DNA of 49,785 nucleotides from an uncultured Lentisphaeraceae bacterium (GCA_964650165.1 CAZYQF010000002.1:1-49785), one strand, 5' to 3'; numbered from the stretch's first letter, positions 17,281 through 26,075 are shown. The notes: generated from the sequence alone by a model not told the origin. A program made the numbers and translations.

Positions 17281-18534
17281 CTACTTCTTGAGATGCATCC
17301 AGGACGGGAGCTTCACCAGCTTGGCCTCGCGGCTCTGGTTGGTGGCCAGCGTCTGCGGCGTGCCGAAAGACGGCGATTCGAGCTCGGTGAGACGCGCCAT
17401 CAGCGCCTGCTGGCTCGTCGCCTGATGCTGGCGGAGCGTCTCGGTCTTCTGGCGCTCGGCGAGAAGCTCCTGTTCGCGCAGCTGCAGCTTGGACCTCAGC
17501 GCCTCCAGCTCGGACCTGAGCTGGGTGACGTCGCGCATCCCTTCTGCGGCGCGCGAGGACTCGGTGCGGGCGGCCTTGAGAGCCTCCTCGAGATCGCGGA
17601 TTCGGCGGACGCTTTCCTGGGACTTTTTCTCGTCGAGACGGGTAAGGTCGTCGAGCTCCTTGCGGAGGCGCGCCGTCCGAGGATCTTCCGGACGCTCGAT
17701 GAGGGCCTTGCGCGTCATATCTTCAATGTTCGATCCCGCGCGCTTCAGGAGAAGCCTCCGTCGCTCCAGGAGTCTGTCGGCGCGCTCCTCGTGACGCCGC
17801 CGGAACTCGTCCGACTCCCTTTTCTCCGCCTCGATGATCGCCGCGAGCTCCTCGGCCTCGCTCGTCATGATCGAATAGACAGCCGTCTGGACGTCCGCAA
17901 CCTCGCTCGCGGACTGCGGCAAGCGCCTCAGCTCATCCTCGAGCGCGCAGATTTGCTCTTGCAGCTTCCGCTCGCGGTCGACTGCATCCTTGAGCGCGTT
18001 TTCGTTCTCGCCGACGACGCGGCTCGCCGCGGCCAGCATCGCCTCGAGCTGCTTGACGCGCGCCTCGTCGACGACCGTCTTCACCACTTCCTTCTCGATG
18101 ACCTTCTCGACGATCTTCTCGACCGGGACTTCCCGGACCACCTCCTTGATGACAACCCGAGGAGCGGGGACAGGCGCGGACGCGGCGGCAGGCGCGGGCA
18201 CGGGTTCGGGTTCCGGCGCAAAATCGGGTTCGGGTTCGGAGAACGGCCCGCGTGACTCGACGATCGACGCGGTCGGCGGCAGCCGTCCGCTCGCAAGCAG
18301 CGCTTCGGCCGCGGCACGGTTGAAGGGTCCGCGCGGATTCCCATCGCCGAGGTCGATGGAGAAGCGCATGTCGAGGAACGGAACGTCCTCGGCGCGCTGC
18401 CAGATCTCGTTGTCGTCGGACACTTCCTGTCCGGGCTGGATGCGGCCGAGCCGCGCCCATTCGACAAGCCTCTGCTCCGTCTCCGGACCGAAGGTCTCGT
18501 CCTGTGTCCGCAGGTACCACTTCGCTTCGCTCAT
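17281..18534 (-). CDS. GYF_2 (DUF4339)-domain protein with a VEK-repeat segment and a long coiled coil
   Basis: N-terminus KWYLRTQDETFGPETEQRLVEWARLGRIQPGQEVSDDNEIWQRAEDVPFL matches the GYF_2 pattern. It also has VREVPVEKIVEKVIEKEV and about 230 aa of heptad-like E/R/L-rich sequence. Confidence 0.75.
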   Translation of the reverse strand: MSEAKWYLRTQDETFGPETEQRLVEWARLGRIQPGQEVSDDNEIWQRAEDVPFLDMRFSIDLGDGNPRGPFNRAAAEALLASGRLPPTASIVESRGPFSEPEPDFAPEPEPVPAPAAASAPVPAPRVVIKEVVREVPVEKIVEKVIEKEVVKTVVDEARVKQLEAMLAAASRVVGENENALKDAVDRERKLQEQICALEDELRRLPQSASEVADVQTAVYSIMTSEAEELAAIIEAEKRESDEFRRRHEERADRLLERRRLLLKRAGSNIEDMTRKALIERPEDPRTARLRKELDDLTRLDEKKSQESVRRIRDLEEALKAARTESSRAAEGMRDVTQLRSELEALRSKLQLREQELLAERQKTETLRQHQATSQQALMARLTELESPSFGTPQTLATNQSREAKLVKLPSWMHLKK

Positions 18535-19172
18535 TTCGCGCCTCCGAATCTGATTCCGAATCCGAATTTCTTCGCCGCCGAAAGCTCGCGTTTTGCCTCG
18601 GCCTCGAGCGCGGCAAGCTGCTGAAGGTTGGCGCCCTTGAAGATTCCGCCGACGTCTCCGGCGGGCGGCTGGACGTTGACCGGCTCGACGACGTCGGGAA
18701 CAACAAGCGTGGTCCGCGCCGGCGGCTCAACCTCGACGATCTTCTCCACGATCTTCTCGACAGGAACTTCCCGGATCACTTCCTTCTCGACGATCTTCTC
18801 GACGGGGACTTCCCGGATCACTTCCTTCTCGACGATCTTCTCGACCACGACCGGCGGTGGGTCCCTGTCGACGGAAAACTCATGGAAGCGATAGAACTTG
18901 GCCCCCTGCCCGAGTGATCCGTTTTTGTCAAGCTGAACGACATAGTCGCGGTGAAACGGACCGAACACCTTGCCGGGCTCAACCTCGACAAGCCACTTCA
19001 TCTCGAGCTCCGGCATCAGCTGCACGGGAGACCAGGAAATGCGGTCCTTTGAAATGAAGCCCGTCGGCTGAATGCGTCCGTCACGCGCCCAGGAATTCAA
19101 CGACCCCGGATCTGCAGGCCCGTAGACATTTCCGTCCTCGCTGCGGTAGTACCATTCTTTCTCGCCGTTCAT
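18531..19172 (-). CDS. GYF_2 (DUF4339)-domain protein, tandem paralog, with VEKIVEKEVIREVP repeats
   Basis: N-terminus EWYYRSEDGNVYGPADPGSLNSWARDGRIQPTGFISKDRISWSPVQLMPEL. Two and a half copies of a 14-aa repeat. ATGA overlap with the downstream paralog. Leaderless-type promoter upstream. Confidence 0.75.
   Translation of the reverse strand: MNGEKEWYYRSEDGNVYGPADPGSLNSWARDGRIQPTGFISKDRISWSPVQLMPELEMKWLVEVEPGKVFGPFHRDYVVQLDKNGSLGQGAKFYRFHEFSVDRDPPPVVVEKIVEKEVIREVPVEKIVEKEVIREVPVEKIVEKIVEVEPPARTTLVVPDVVEPVNVQPPAGDVGGIFKGANLQQLAALEAEAKRELSAAKKFGFGIRFGGAK
18750..18845. repeat. 42-bp tandem repeat (2.3 copies, 40/42 identical) inside the GYF gene
   Basis: GATCTTCTCGACAGGAACTTCCCGGATCACTTCCTTCTCGAC at 18750-18791, repeated at 18792-18833 with 2 mismatches, then a partial third unit. 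A related unit lies in the paralog near 18100-18150. Confidence 0.85.
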
Positions 19173-19178
19173 GTCGCT

Positions 19179-19188
19179 ATTATATCAA
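19179..19188 (-). promoter_or_regulatory. Extended -10 promoter TTGATATAAT, 6 nt upstream of the ATG at 19172 (leaderless candidate)
   Basis: Minus strand reads CTTTTGATATAATAGCGAC-ATG, directly after the upstream terminator T-tract. No SD. Confidence 0.55.
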
Positions 19189-19189
19189 A

Positions 19190-19227
19190 AGAAAAAAAGG
19201 CGCGCAGGCTTTTCGAACCTGCGCGCC
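19190..19227 (-). terminator. Rho-independent terminator of the histone-like gene
   Basis: A 10-bp GC stem (GGCGCGCAGG / CCTGCGCGCC) with a 9-nt loop, followed on the minus strand by TTTTTTTCTTTT. A second small hairpin lies at 19231-19249. Confidence 0.7.
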
Positions 19228-19255
19228 CACTGCGGTTTCTGGAACCGCATCGACC

Positions 19256-19453
19256 TTACTTCTTCGCGGCAGGCTTCTTCGCGGGAGCCTTCTTCACCGC
19301 CGCCTTCTTGGCAGGGGCCTTCTTCGCCACAGCCTTCTTGCAGCACGTCGCGGCCTTCTTCGCCACCGGCTTCTTCGCGGCGACCTTCTTCGCGACGACC
19401 TTCTTCGCGACAACCTTCTTCACCGGCTTCTTGGCAACTGTCTTCGTGGCCAT
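19256..19453 (-). CDS. Lys/Ala-rich histone H1-like (Hc1/AlgP-type) nucleoid protein
   Basis: The 65-aa product MATKTVAKKPVKKVVAKKVVAKKVAAKKPVAKKAATCCKKAVAKKAPAKKAAVKKAPAKKPAAKK has an AAAGGA SD 8 nt upstream of ATG 19453 and its own terminator. Confidence 0.75.
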   Translation of the reverse strand: MATKTVAKKPVKKVVAKKVVAKKVAAKKPVAKKAATCCKKAVAKKAPAKKAAVKKAPAKKPAAKK

Positions 19454-19563
19454 GATTTGATCCTTTATCTTAGTCAGAAACCGTCGGTGCAATCAATTCG
19501 ATTGCAATACCCGCGGTCTCTAGGTGAATAATAATATATTTTCAGAAATAACGCAAGGGCAAA

Positions 19564-19602
19564 ACAAAAAAAACCACGCGCCGTCCAAAAGACGCCGCGC
19601 GG
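19564..19602 (-). terminator. Rho-independent terminator downstream of purM
   Basis: A 12-bp GC-rich stem (one mismatch, one G-U) CCGCGCGGCGTC/GACGGCGCGTGG, followed on the minus strand by TTTTTTTTGTTTTG. Confidence 0.65.
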
Positions 19603-19628
19603 ATTTTTTCGGCACGTTGTGACGCCAA

Positions 19629-20681
19629 TTAGTTTTTGTACGTGACGACGCCCTTGCCCTTGCGGATCACGCCGATCACGTGATACGGCTGGTGCTGGGC
19701 CTTGAGGATGTTCGTCGCCTTCTCGAGATCGCGCTTCGGGATGATGACGACGAAGCCGATGCCCATGTTGAAGACGCGATACATCTCGTCGCGATCGACC
19801 TTGCCCTGGCGCTCGATGAAATTGAAAATGGTCGGAACTTCCCATGACGCGCGATCGATCTCGGCGTTCACCGACTTCGGAAGAACGCGCGGAATGTTGT
19901 CCGGGAATCCGCCTCCGGTGATGTGCGCCATGCCGGTGATTTTGACCTTGCGCTCGAGCATCTTCGCGACGGGCTTGAGGAAGCTCTTGTGGACCGCGAG
20001 GAGCGTCTCGCCGAACGTCTGGTTCGTGCCCGGGAGCTTGTCCTGCCAGGAGTACTGGCAGAGATCGAAGATCACGCGGCGCGCGAGCGAGAAGCCGTTG
20101 GTCTGGAGTCCGCCGGACGGAAAGCCGAGGATGACGTCTCCGGCGCGAATCGACTTGCCGGTGATCAGGGCCTTCTTCGAGACGCAGCCGACAATCGTGC
20201 CGACGAGGTCGTACTCGCCCAGAGGATAGAGGCCGGGCATTTCGGCAGTCTCGCCGCCGAGGAGCGACATGTGGTTCTCGCGGCACGCCTTGCAGAGGCC
20301 CGAGACGACCGACTTGAACTGCACGGGGTCAACCTTCGCGGTGCCGACGTAGTCCATGAAGAACAGCGGCTTTGCGCCCTGGACGAGGATGTCGTTCACG
20401 CAGTGGTTGACGATGTCCTGGCCGACGGTGTCGTGCTTGTTCATCATCGCGGCGATCTTCAGCTTCGTGCCGACGCCGTCCGCGGACGCGACGAGAATCA
20501 TGTCCTTGCCCGTCGGAACCTTGTGGAGCCCGCCGAACGCGCCGATGTTCCCGATGACGTTCGCGGTCTTCGTCGACGCGACCATCTCCTTGATCGAGCC
20601 GATGGCGTTCATCTTGACGTCGATGTTGACGCCCGCCTGGGCATATGCCGACTTCTTGTCCGTTTTGAGTTCCTTAGCCAC
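19629..20681 (-). CDS. purM: Phosphoribosylformylglycinamidine cyclo-ligase (AIR synthetase) PurM
   Basis: YAQAGVNID, GAFGGL, DGVGTK and GGETAEMPG motifs. GTG start at 20681 with a GGGAG SD 5 nt upstream. The track start at 20753 has no SD. Confidence 0.9.
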   Translation of the reverse strand: MAKELKTDKKSAYAQAGVNIDVKMNAIGSIKEMVASTKTANVIGNIGAFGGLHKVPTGKDMILVASADGVGTKLKIAAMMNKHDTVGQDIVNHCVNDILVQGAKPLFFMDYVGTAKVDPVQFKSVVSGLCKACRENHMSLLGGETAEMPGLYPLGEYDLVGTIVGCVSKKALITGKSIRAGDVILGFPSGGLQTNGFSLARRVIFDLCQYSWQDKLPGTNQTFGETLLAVHKSFLKPVAKMLERKVKITGMAHITGGGFPDNIPRVLPKSVNAEIDRASWEVPTIFNFIERQGKVDRDEMYRVFNMGIGFVVIIPKRDLEKATNILKAQHQPYHVIGVIRKGKGVVTYKN

Positions 20682-20720
20682 GATGACTCCCGTGATTGGT
20701 GGTGAGGGGGAAAGTTGTTT

Positions 20721-20758
20721 CAAAATAAAACGAAAGGCGCGTGCAGCCCGCACGCGCC
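20721..20758 (-). terminator. Rho-independent terminator downstream of fba
   Basis: A 9-bp stem GGCGCGTGC/GCACGCGCC with a 5-nt loop, followed on the minus strand by TTTCGTTTTATTTTG. Confidence 0.65.
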
Positions 20759-20772
20759 CTTCGCCTTCAAGC

Positions 20773-21771
20773 TCAGAGCTTGTCGTTCGAGCCCAGGACC
20801 TTGACGATCTTGTGCACGTAGACCTTCTTCATCTCGTCACGCGCCGGACCGAGGTACTTGCGCGGATCGAATTCGCCCGGCTTGTCGTGGAAGACCTGGC
20901 GGATCGCCGCGGTCATCGCGAGACGCGAGTCGGAGTCGATGTTGATCTTGCAGACCGCGCTCTTCGCGGCCTTGCGGAGCTGCTCTTCCGGAATGCCGAC
21001 CGCGTCGGGGAGCTTGCCGCCGAGGCTGTTGATCTGATCGACGTATTCCTGCGGAACCGAGCTGGACCCGTGGAGGACGATCGGAAAGCCCGGGAGCTTC
21101 TTCTCGATCTGCTTGAGGATGTCGAACGCGAGCGGCGGCGGAACGAGCTTGCCCGTCTTGGGATCGCGCGTGCACTGCGCGGCCGTGAACTTGAACGCGC
21201 CGTGGCTGGTGCCGATGGAGATCGCGAGGGAGTCGCAGCCTGTCTTGGTCGCGAACTCGATCACTTCCTCGGGCTTCGTGTAGTGCGACTCGGCCGCGGA
21301 GACCTCGTCTTCGACGCCCGCGAGGACGCCGAGCTCGGCTTCGACGGTGACGTCGTGCTTGTGCGCGTAGGCGACGACCTTCTTCGTCAGCTTGATGTTC
21401 TCCTTGAATGAGAGATGCGAGCCGTCGATCATGACGGACGAGAAGCCGGTGTCGATGCAGCTCTTGCAGGTCTCGTAGGAGTCGCCGTGGTCGAGGTGGA
21501 GGACGATCTGCGGTTTCTTGCAGCCGAGTTCCTTGGCGTACTGGACGGCGCCTTCGGCCATGTAGCGGAGAATCGTCGGGTTCGCGTACTGGCGGGCGCC
21601 CTTCGAAACCTGCATGATGACGGGAGACTTGGTCTCAACCGAGGCCTGCACGATGGCCTGCATCTGCTCCATCGTGTTGAAGTTGAACGCGGGAATGGCA
21701 TAACCGCCCTTGACCGCCTTAGCGAACATCTTCTTGGTGTTGACAAGACCAAGCTTCTTGTAGCTGACCAT
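20773..21771 (-). CDS. fba: Class II fructose-1,6-bisphosphate aldolase
   Basis: GYAIPAFNFNTMEQMQAI, VIMQVS, LHLDHG and SIGTSHGAFKF motifs. AAGGAG SD upstream of ATG 21771. Confidence 0.92.
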   Translation of the reverse strand: MVSYKKLGLVNTKKMFAKAVKGGYAIPAFNFNTMEQMQAIVQASVETKSPVIMQVSKGARQYANPTILRYMAEGAVQYAKELGCKKPQIVLHLDHGDSYETCKSCIDTGFSSVMIDGSHLSFKENIKLTKKVVAYAHKHDVTVEAELGVLAGVEDEVSAAESHYTKPEEVIEFATKTGCDSLAISIGTSHGAFKFTAAQCTRDPKTGKLVPPPLAFDILKQIEKKLPGFPIVLHGSSSVPQEYVDQINSLGGKLPDAVGIPEEQLRKAAKSAVCKINIDSDSRLAMTAAIRQVFHDKPGEFDPRKYLGPARDEMKKVYVHKIVKVLGSNDKL

Positions 21772-21817
21772 CTTATTACTCCTTTTTTAACCCCTGAGAT
21801 GGGGAAATTTGGCGCGT

Positions 21818-21826
21818 AGTATAGCA
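21818..21826 (-). promoter_or_regulatory. Candidate extended -10 promoter (TGCTATACT) for fba
   Basis: Minus strand reads TTTTGCTATACT about 45 nt upstream of the fba ATG, giving a leader that contains AAGGAG. Confidence 0.45.
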
Positions 21827-21857
21827 AAACAACGGCTTGAAAGCAAGGAAATACGGG

Positions 21858-23279
21858 TTATCCCCTCGAAATCGCGGCACGGGCGGCCTTAAGGTCGGCA
21901 AACTCGCCGCCGGCGATCATCTGGACGACCAGATTGCCGATCGCAGTGCCTTCGACGGGGCCGGCGAAGACCTCGAGACCGGTCGCCTCGGCGGTCAGGG
22001 CGTTCAGGTACTTGTCCTTGCAGCCGCCGCCGACGATGTTGACCGACGTATAGACCTTGCCGGTGATTTCCGAGAGGTTCCGGATCGCATCCGCATAGCA
22101 TTCCGCGAGCGAGAGGTACACGCACTGCATGAGCGCTCCGACCGAGGCCGGGGGCTTGCCGGACGCGGCCGCGGCGGACATCACTTCGCCGATCATGGAG
22201 TCCGGATTGAGGAATCGGGAGTCGTTCACATCCACCACCGTGTTGTAGGACTGCCCGCGCGCAACCATCGACAGGTCGGAGAACGTATACTCGCGTCCCT
22301 TTTCATAGTCCGTCAGCCGCGCGAGCGCCTCCTTGGTCGCCTCGACGTCCCGGCCCTCGACGTACGAGACGCCGTTGAGCTCGCGGCGGATGGACTGGAT
22401 CATCCAGAGCCCCATGATGTTCTTGAGAAAGCGGTAGCGTCCCCAGGCCCCGCCCTCGTTGGTGAAGTTCGCCTTGCAGGAGACCTTGGAGGCGATGGGC
22501 TTCTCGTTCTCGACGCCGAGGAGCGACCAGGTTCCGCTCGAGAGGTACACCGCCTTGTCGTCCCGCGCGGGAACCGCGAGATAGGCCGACCCCGTGTCGT
22601 GCATCGCGGGGAGGACGACCTTCATCCCCTTGTAGTCGCCGACCGTGGCGCCCGGCATCTCGAGCTTGCCGAAGATCTTCGGGGGGAGTCCGAGCTTTTC
22701 GATGAGCTCCCGGTCCCAGTCCTTCTTCGCGGCGTCGAGGAGCGAGGTCGTGGAGGAATCGGTGTATTCGTGGACGATCTTCCCCGTCAGGCGGTAGTTG
22801 AGATACTCCGGCATCATCAGGAAATGCGCCGCCTTCGCGAGTTGCTCCGGATGCTCCTTCTTCAGCGCCCAGAGCTGGTAGATCGTGTTGAACGGCGCCT
22901 TCTGAATGCCGCACCTCTTGTAGAGATCCTCGAAGGACAGGACCGTGGACTCGATTTCCCCGTCCGCACCCTCCGTCCGCGCATCGCGGTAGGCGACGGC
23001 GTCGGAGCAGAGCTCGCCCGCCCCGTCGAGGAGCACGAAGTCGACGCCCCAGGTGTCGATGCCGATCGAGTCGACCGCGCACGTCTTCGCCGCCGCGTCG
23101 ATGCCCTCCTTGACGGACTCCACGAGCTTCTCGACATCCCAGCAGTCGTGTCCGTCTTTGCGGACCTGTCCGTTCGTGAAGCGGAAGACTTCCTCGAGCG
23201 TGATCTTGCCGTCCACGACCCGTCCGAGGATGTGCCGTCCCGAGCTCGCGCCGATGTCGATTGCCAGATAGTTTTTCAT
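21858..23279 (-). CDS. rhaB: Rhamnulokinase RhaB (FGGY family)
   Basis: Near-colinear with E. coli RhaB as I recall it: DIGASSGR, SIGIDTWGVDFVLLD, AYRDARTEG, YLSSGTWSLLG, TNEGGAWGRYRFLKNIMGLW and IVGGG. AAGGAGAAGG SD. Confidence 0.9.
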   Translation of the reverse strand: MKNYLAIDIGASSGRHILGRVVDGKITLEEVFRFTNGQVRKDGHDCWDVEKLVESVKEGIDAAAKTCAVDSIGIDTWGVDFVLLDGAGELCSDAVAYRDARTEGADGEIESTVLSFEDLYKRCGIQKAPFNTIYQLWALKKEHPEQLAKAAHFLMMPEYLNYRLTGKIVHEYTDSSTTSLLDAAKKDWDRELIEKLGLPPKIFGKLEMPGATVGDYKGMKVVLPAMHDTGSAYLAVPARDDKAVYLSSGTWSLLGVENEKPIASKVSCKANFTNEGGAWGRYRFLKNIMGLWMIQSIRRELNGVSYVEGRDVEATKEALARLTDYEKGREYTFSDLSMVARGQSYNTVVDVNDSRFLNPDSMIGEVMSAAAASGKPPASVGALMQCVYLSLAECYADAIRNLSEITGKVYTSVNIVGGGCKDKYLNALTAEATGLEVFAGPVEGTAIGNLVVQMIAGGEFADLKAARAAISRG

Positions 23280-23297
23280 GCCTTCTCCTTCGTTTTC

Positions 23298-26075
23298 TCA
23301 GTGTGCGTCAAGCCAGTTAAAGCCCGTTCCGATGCCCACGTCCAGCGGGACGCCGAAGTCCAGCGCCGTGGACATCTCGCGCTTCACGATCTCCTTCACC
23401 CGCTCGACCTCGTCAAACGGCACGTCGAACACCAGTTCGTCGTGGATCTGCAAAACCATCTTCGCCCGCAGGGACTCCGCCTTCATCGCCCGGTCGACCT
23501 TGACCATCGCCACCTTGATGAGATCGGCGGCCGACCCCTGGATCGGCGTGTTGATCGCATCGCGCTCGGCCGCCTGGCGCGACGAGGCGTTGCGGGAATT
23601 GATGTCGCGCAGCGTGCGGCGGCGTCCGAGAATCGTCTCGGCATAGCCCTTCTCGCGCGCCTTCGCAATTGCGGAATCCATGAACTCGCGGATTTTCGGA
23701 TACAGCCGGAAATAGATCTCGATCAGGTCCGCCGCCTCTTTCCGCGGCACGTTGAGCCGCTGAGAGAGTCCGAACGCGGAGATGCCGTAGATGATGCCGA
23801 AGTTCACCATCTTGCACTTCGAGCGCTGCTCGGAGGTCACGAACGCCGGCATCACGTTATAGACGCGGCTCGCCGTGTCCCTGTGGATGTCCTCGCCGTT
23901 GCGAAAGGCCTCGAGCATCGCCCCGTCCTGCGAGAACGCCGCCATGAGCCTCAGCTCGATCTGGGAGTAGTCGACCGAAACGAGCACGTGCTTTTCGTCG
24001 CGGGCGATGAAGGCCTTGCGGATCATCTTGCCGCGCTCGGTCCGGATCGGGATGTTCTGGAGATTGGGGTCGGACGAGCTCAGGCGGCCCGTCTCGGTGA
24101 AGGCCTGCGAATAGGTGGTATGGACGCGTCCGTCCCCGTTGATCAGGGACGGAAGCTTGTCCACGTAGGTGGACTTGAGCTTCGTGCACGCGCGGTACTC
24201 GAGAATGGTCTTGACGATCGGATGATGTCCGACGAGCTTCTGCAGCGTCTTCTCGTCCGTCGCATACTGGCCGGTCGCGGTCTTCTTCCCGTCCGGCAGT
24301 CCCAGCTTCTCGAAGAGGAGCGCCCCCAGCTGCTTCGGCGAGTCGGGATTGAACCCCGGGTCGGCGTACTTCAGGATGTCCTGCACGAAACCGAGGATCT
24401 CGCGGTCGAGAACCTGTCCGTATTCCTTCAGCGCCGCGACGTCGATCCGGACGCCTTCCCGCTCCATGTCAGTGAGGATCTTGACGAGCGGCTCCTCGAC
24501 GTCGGAGAGAGCCGACGGCAGACGGCGGCCGGAGGCGAGATTTTCGGCCAGGGGGCGGAGAACGTCCTCAAGGCGCAACGCGACGTCGGCATCCTCGGCG
24601 GCGTAGTCGCGGATCTCCTCCGGCTTCAGCGCCGCCATGGAAAGCTGTTCCTTGCCGCGCTCCTTCTCGCCGATCAGCGCGGTGATCGGGATCGGACGGT
24701 AGCCAAGGTACTGTTCGGCGAGCGTGTCCATGCCGTGCCGCGCCGCCGCATCGAGGCAGTAGTGCGCGAGCATCGTGTCGTGCGGAACCGAGGCGAATCC
24801 GATGCCGTAGCGGTGCAGGACCGAGCGGTCGAACTTGCCGTTGTGCGCGATGAGCACCTTGGTCGGGTCCGCGAAGAGCGGACGGAAGATGTCGATCATG
24901 TCCGCCGTCACGTACCACGCCTTGCCCGGCGCAGTTGCGAAAGAGAAACCGACGAGCTTGCAGTGATGAGCGTCCGTCGACTCGTACCCCTCGGCCGCCG
25001 CCGTCTCGGTGTCGAACGCGACGCGGTCGGACGCCATCAGCTCGGCGAGAAGCGCCTGCGCGGCATCCTCGTCCGCAATCAGCTTGTAGTCGTGAGGAAA
25101 TGAGGCGAGAGAGGCGAAGGCTGAAGGCGAAGGCGAAGGCGAAGACGAAGACGAAGGCGCGAGAGTCGAAGAGCTGAAGAGCTGAAGGTTTGAAGAGCCG
25201 TCTGAAGACAGGCCGAAATCCTTCGCGAGGCGGTTGAGCTCGTACTTCGCGCAGACGGCGGCGAGCTTTTCAGCATCGATTCCGTTGCGCCGGTAGGCCT
25301 CCCAGTCGGGATTGACCGGGACGTCGGTTCGGATCGTCGTGAGAAACTTGGAGACCGTCGCGTCCTCGCGGCCGGCGAAGACCTTTTCGGCGAGCTTGCC
25401 CTTGAGCTTCGCCTGATTCGCGAGAATGGTCTCGACGTCGCCGTACTGGGAAAGAAGGTCCGCCGCTGTTTTCTCGCCGATGCCGCGGATGCCGGGAATG
25501 TTGTCCGATGCGTCGCCCGCAAGAGCGAGATAGTCGATCATCTGCTTCGGGTCGCGAAGGTGCCAGTGTTCGCAGACCCTCGCCTCGTCGTAGATCTCGG
25601 CGGCGTCGCCGGCATGGGCCGGGCGGTAGAGCCGGATGCCGGGCCCCACAAGCTGCGCCGCGTCCTTGTCCGGCGTCGCCAGATAGACCTCGAAACCGGC
25701 CTCGGCGCCCTTCACGGCCAGGGTTCCCATCACGTCGTCCGCCTCGAAGCCGGCGGCGGTGACGACCGGGATCTTCAGCGCCTCCGCGAGCTCGAAGGCC
25801 CGCGGAATGCAGGCGGCGAGATCCTCGGGCATCTTCTGGCGCTGCACCTTGTAGTGCGCGCAGGCCTCGTGGCGGAAGGTCGGTCCGCCCGGATCCATCG
25901 CGAGGACGACATGGGTGGGATTCTCCTTCTTGAGGATCGACTGGATGCCGCTGGCGAAGCCGAGGAGCGCGGAGACATTGAGCCCGGAAGAGGTCATCCG
26001 GGGGTTCCGCAGAAAGACGAAATGGCCTTTATAGAGAAAAGGCATCAGGTCGATGATAAAGAGCTTGCCGTTCAT
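23298..26075 (-). CDS. polA: DNA polymerase I
   Basis: Contains a 5'-nuclease domain, a 3'-5' exonuclease-like domain, and polymerase motifs (DYSQIELR, RRxAKxxNFGxxYG-like SEQRSKCKMVNFGIIYG, QIHDELVF). ATG 26075 forms an ATGA overlap with the upstream stop. Confidence 0.93.
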   Translation of the reverse strand: MNGKLFIIDLMPFLYKGHFVFLRNPRMTSSGLNVSALLGFASGIQSILKKENPTHVVLAMDPGGPTFRHEACAHYKVQRQKMPEDLAACIPRAFELAEALKIPVVTAAGFEADDVMGTLAVKGAEAGFEVYLATPDKDAAQLVGPGIRLYRPAHAGDAAEIYDEARVCEHWHLRDPKQMIDYLALAGDASDNIPGIRGIGEKTAADLLSQYGDVETILANQAKLKGKLAEKVFAGREDATVSKFLTTIRTDVPVNPDWEAYRRNGIDAEKLAAVCAKYELNRLAKDFGLSSDGSSNLQLFSSSTLAPSSSSSPSPSPSAFASLASFPHDYKLIADEDAAQALLAELMASDRVAFDTETAAAEGYESTDAHHCKLVGFSFATAPGKAWYVTADMIDIFRPLFADPTKVLIAHNGKFDRSVLHRYGIGFASVPHDTMLAHYCLDAAARHGMDTLAEQYLGYRPIPITALIGEKERGKEQLSMAALKPEEIRDYAAEDADVALRLEDVLRPLAENLASGRRLPSALSDVEEPLVKILTDMEREGVRIDVAALKEYGQVLDREILGFVQDILKYADPGFNPDSPKQLGALLFEKLGLPDGKKTATGQYATDEKTLQKLVGHHPIVKTILEYRACTKLKSTYVDKLPSLINGDGRVHTTYSQAFTETGRLSSSDPNLQNIPIRTERGKMIRKAFIARDEKHVLVSVDYSQIELRLMAAFSQDGAMLEAFRNGEDIHRDTASRVYNVMPAFVTSEQRSKCKMVNFGIIYGISAFGLSQRLNVPRKEAADLIEIYFRLYPKIREFMDSAIAKAREKGYAETILGRRRTLRDINSRNASSRQAAERDAINTPIQGSAADLIKVAMVKVDRAMKAESLRAKMVLQIHDELVFDVPFDEVERVKEIVKREMSTALDFGVPLDVGIGTGFNWLDAH
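25110..25197. repeat. Hexamer (GAAGGC/GAAGAC) and octamer simple repeats encoding the Ser/Pro-rich PolA interdomain linker
   Basis: GAAGGCTGAAGGCGAAGGCGAAGGCGAAGACGAAGACGAAGGC followed by GAAGAGCTGAAGAGCTGAAGG. These translate on the minus strand to SSSTLAPSSSSSPSPSPSAFASL. Confidence 0.75.

Noticed and set aside
19474-20286. The 270-aa minus-strand ORF overlapping purM in another frame, and the 19702-20229 and 19923-20705 plus-strand ORFs.
   Set aside because: They are out-of-frame or antisense to the well-supported purM gene and have Arg/Pro-rich compositions.
25110-25197. GAAGGC-type repeats in polA, the 42-bp repeats in the GYF gene and the 9-bp repeats at 6058-6098, considered as possible CRISPR or mobile-element signatures.
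   Set aside because: The units are contiguous with no spacers and lie in frame inside coding sequences, where they encode low-complexity peptide repeats. There are no cas, transposase or integrase genes, and no terminal inverted repeats or target-site duplications anywhere in the window.
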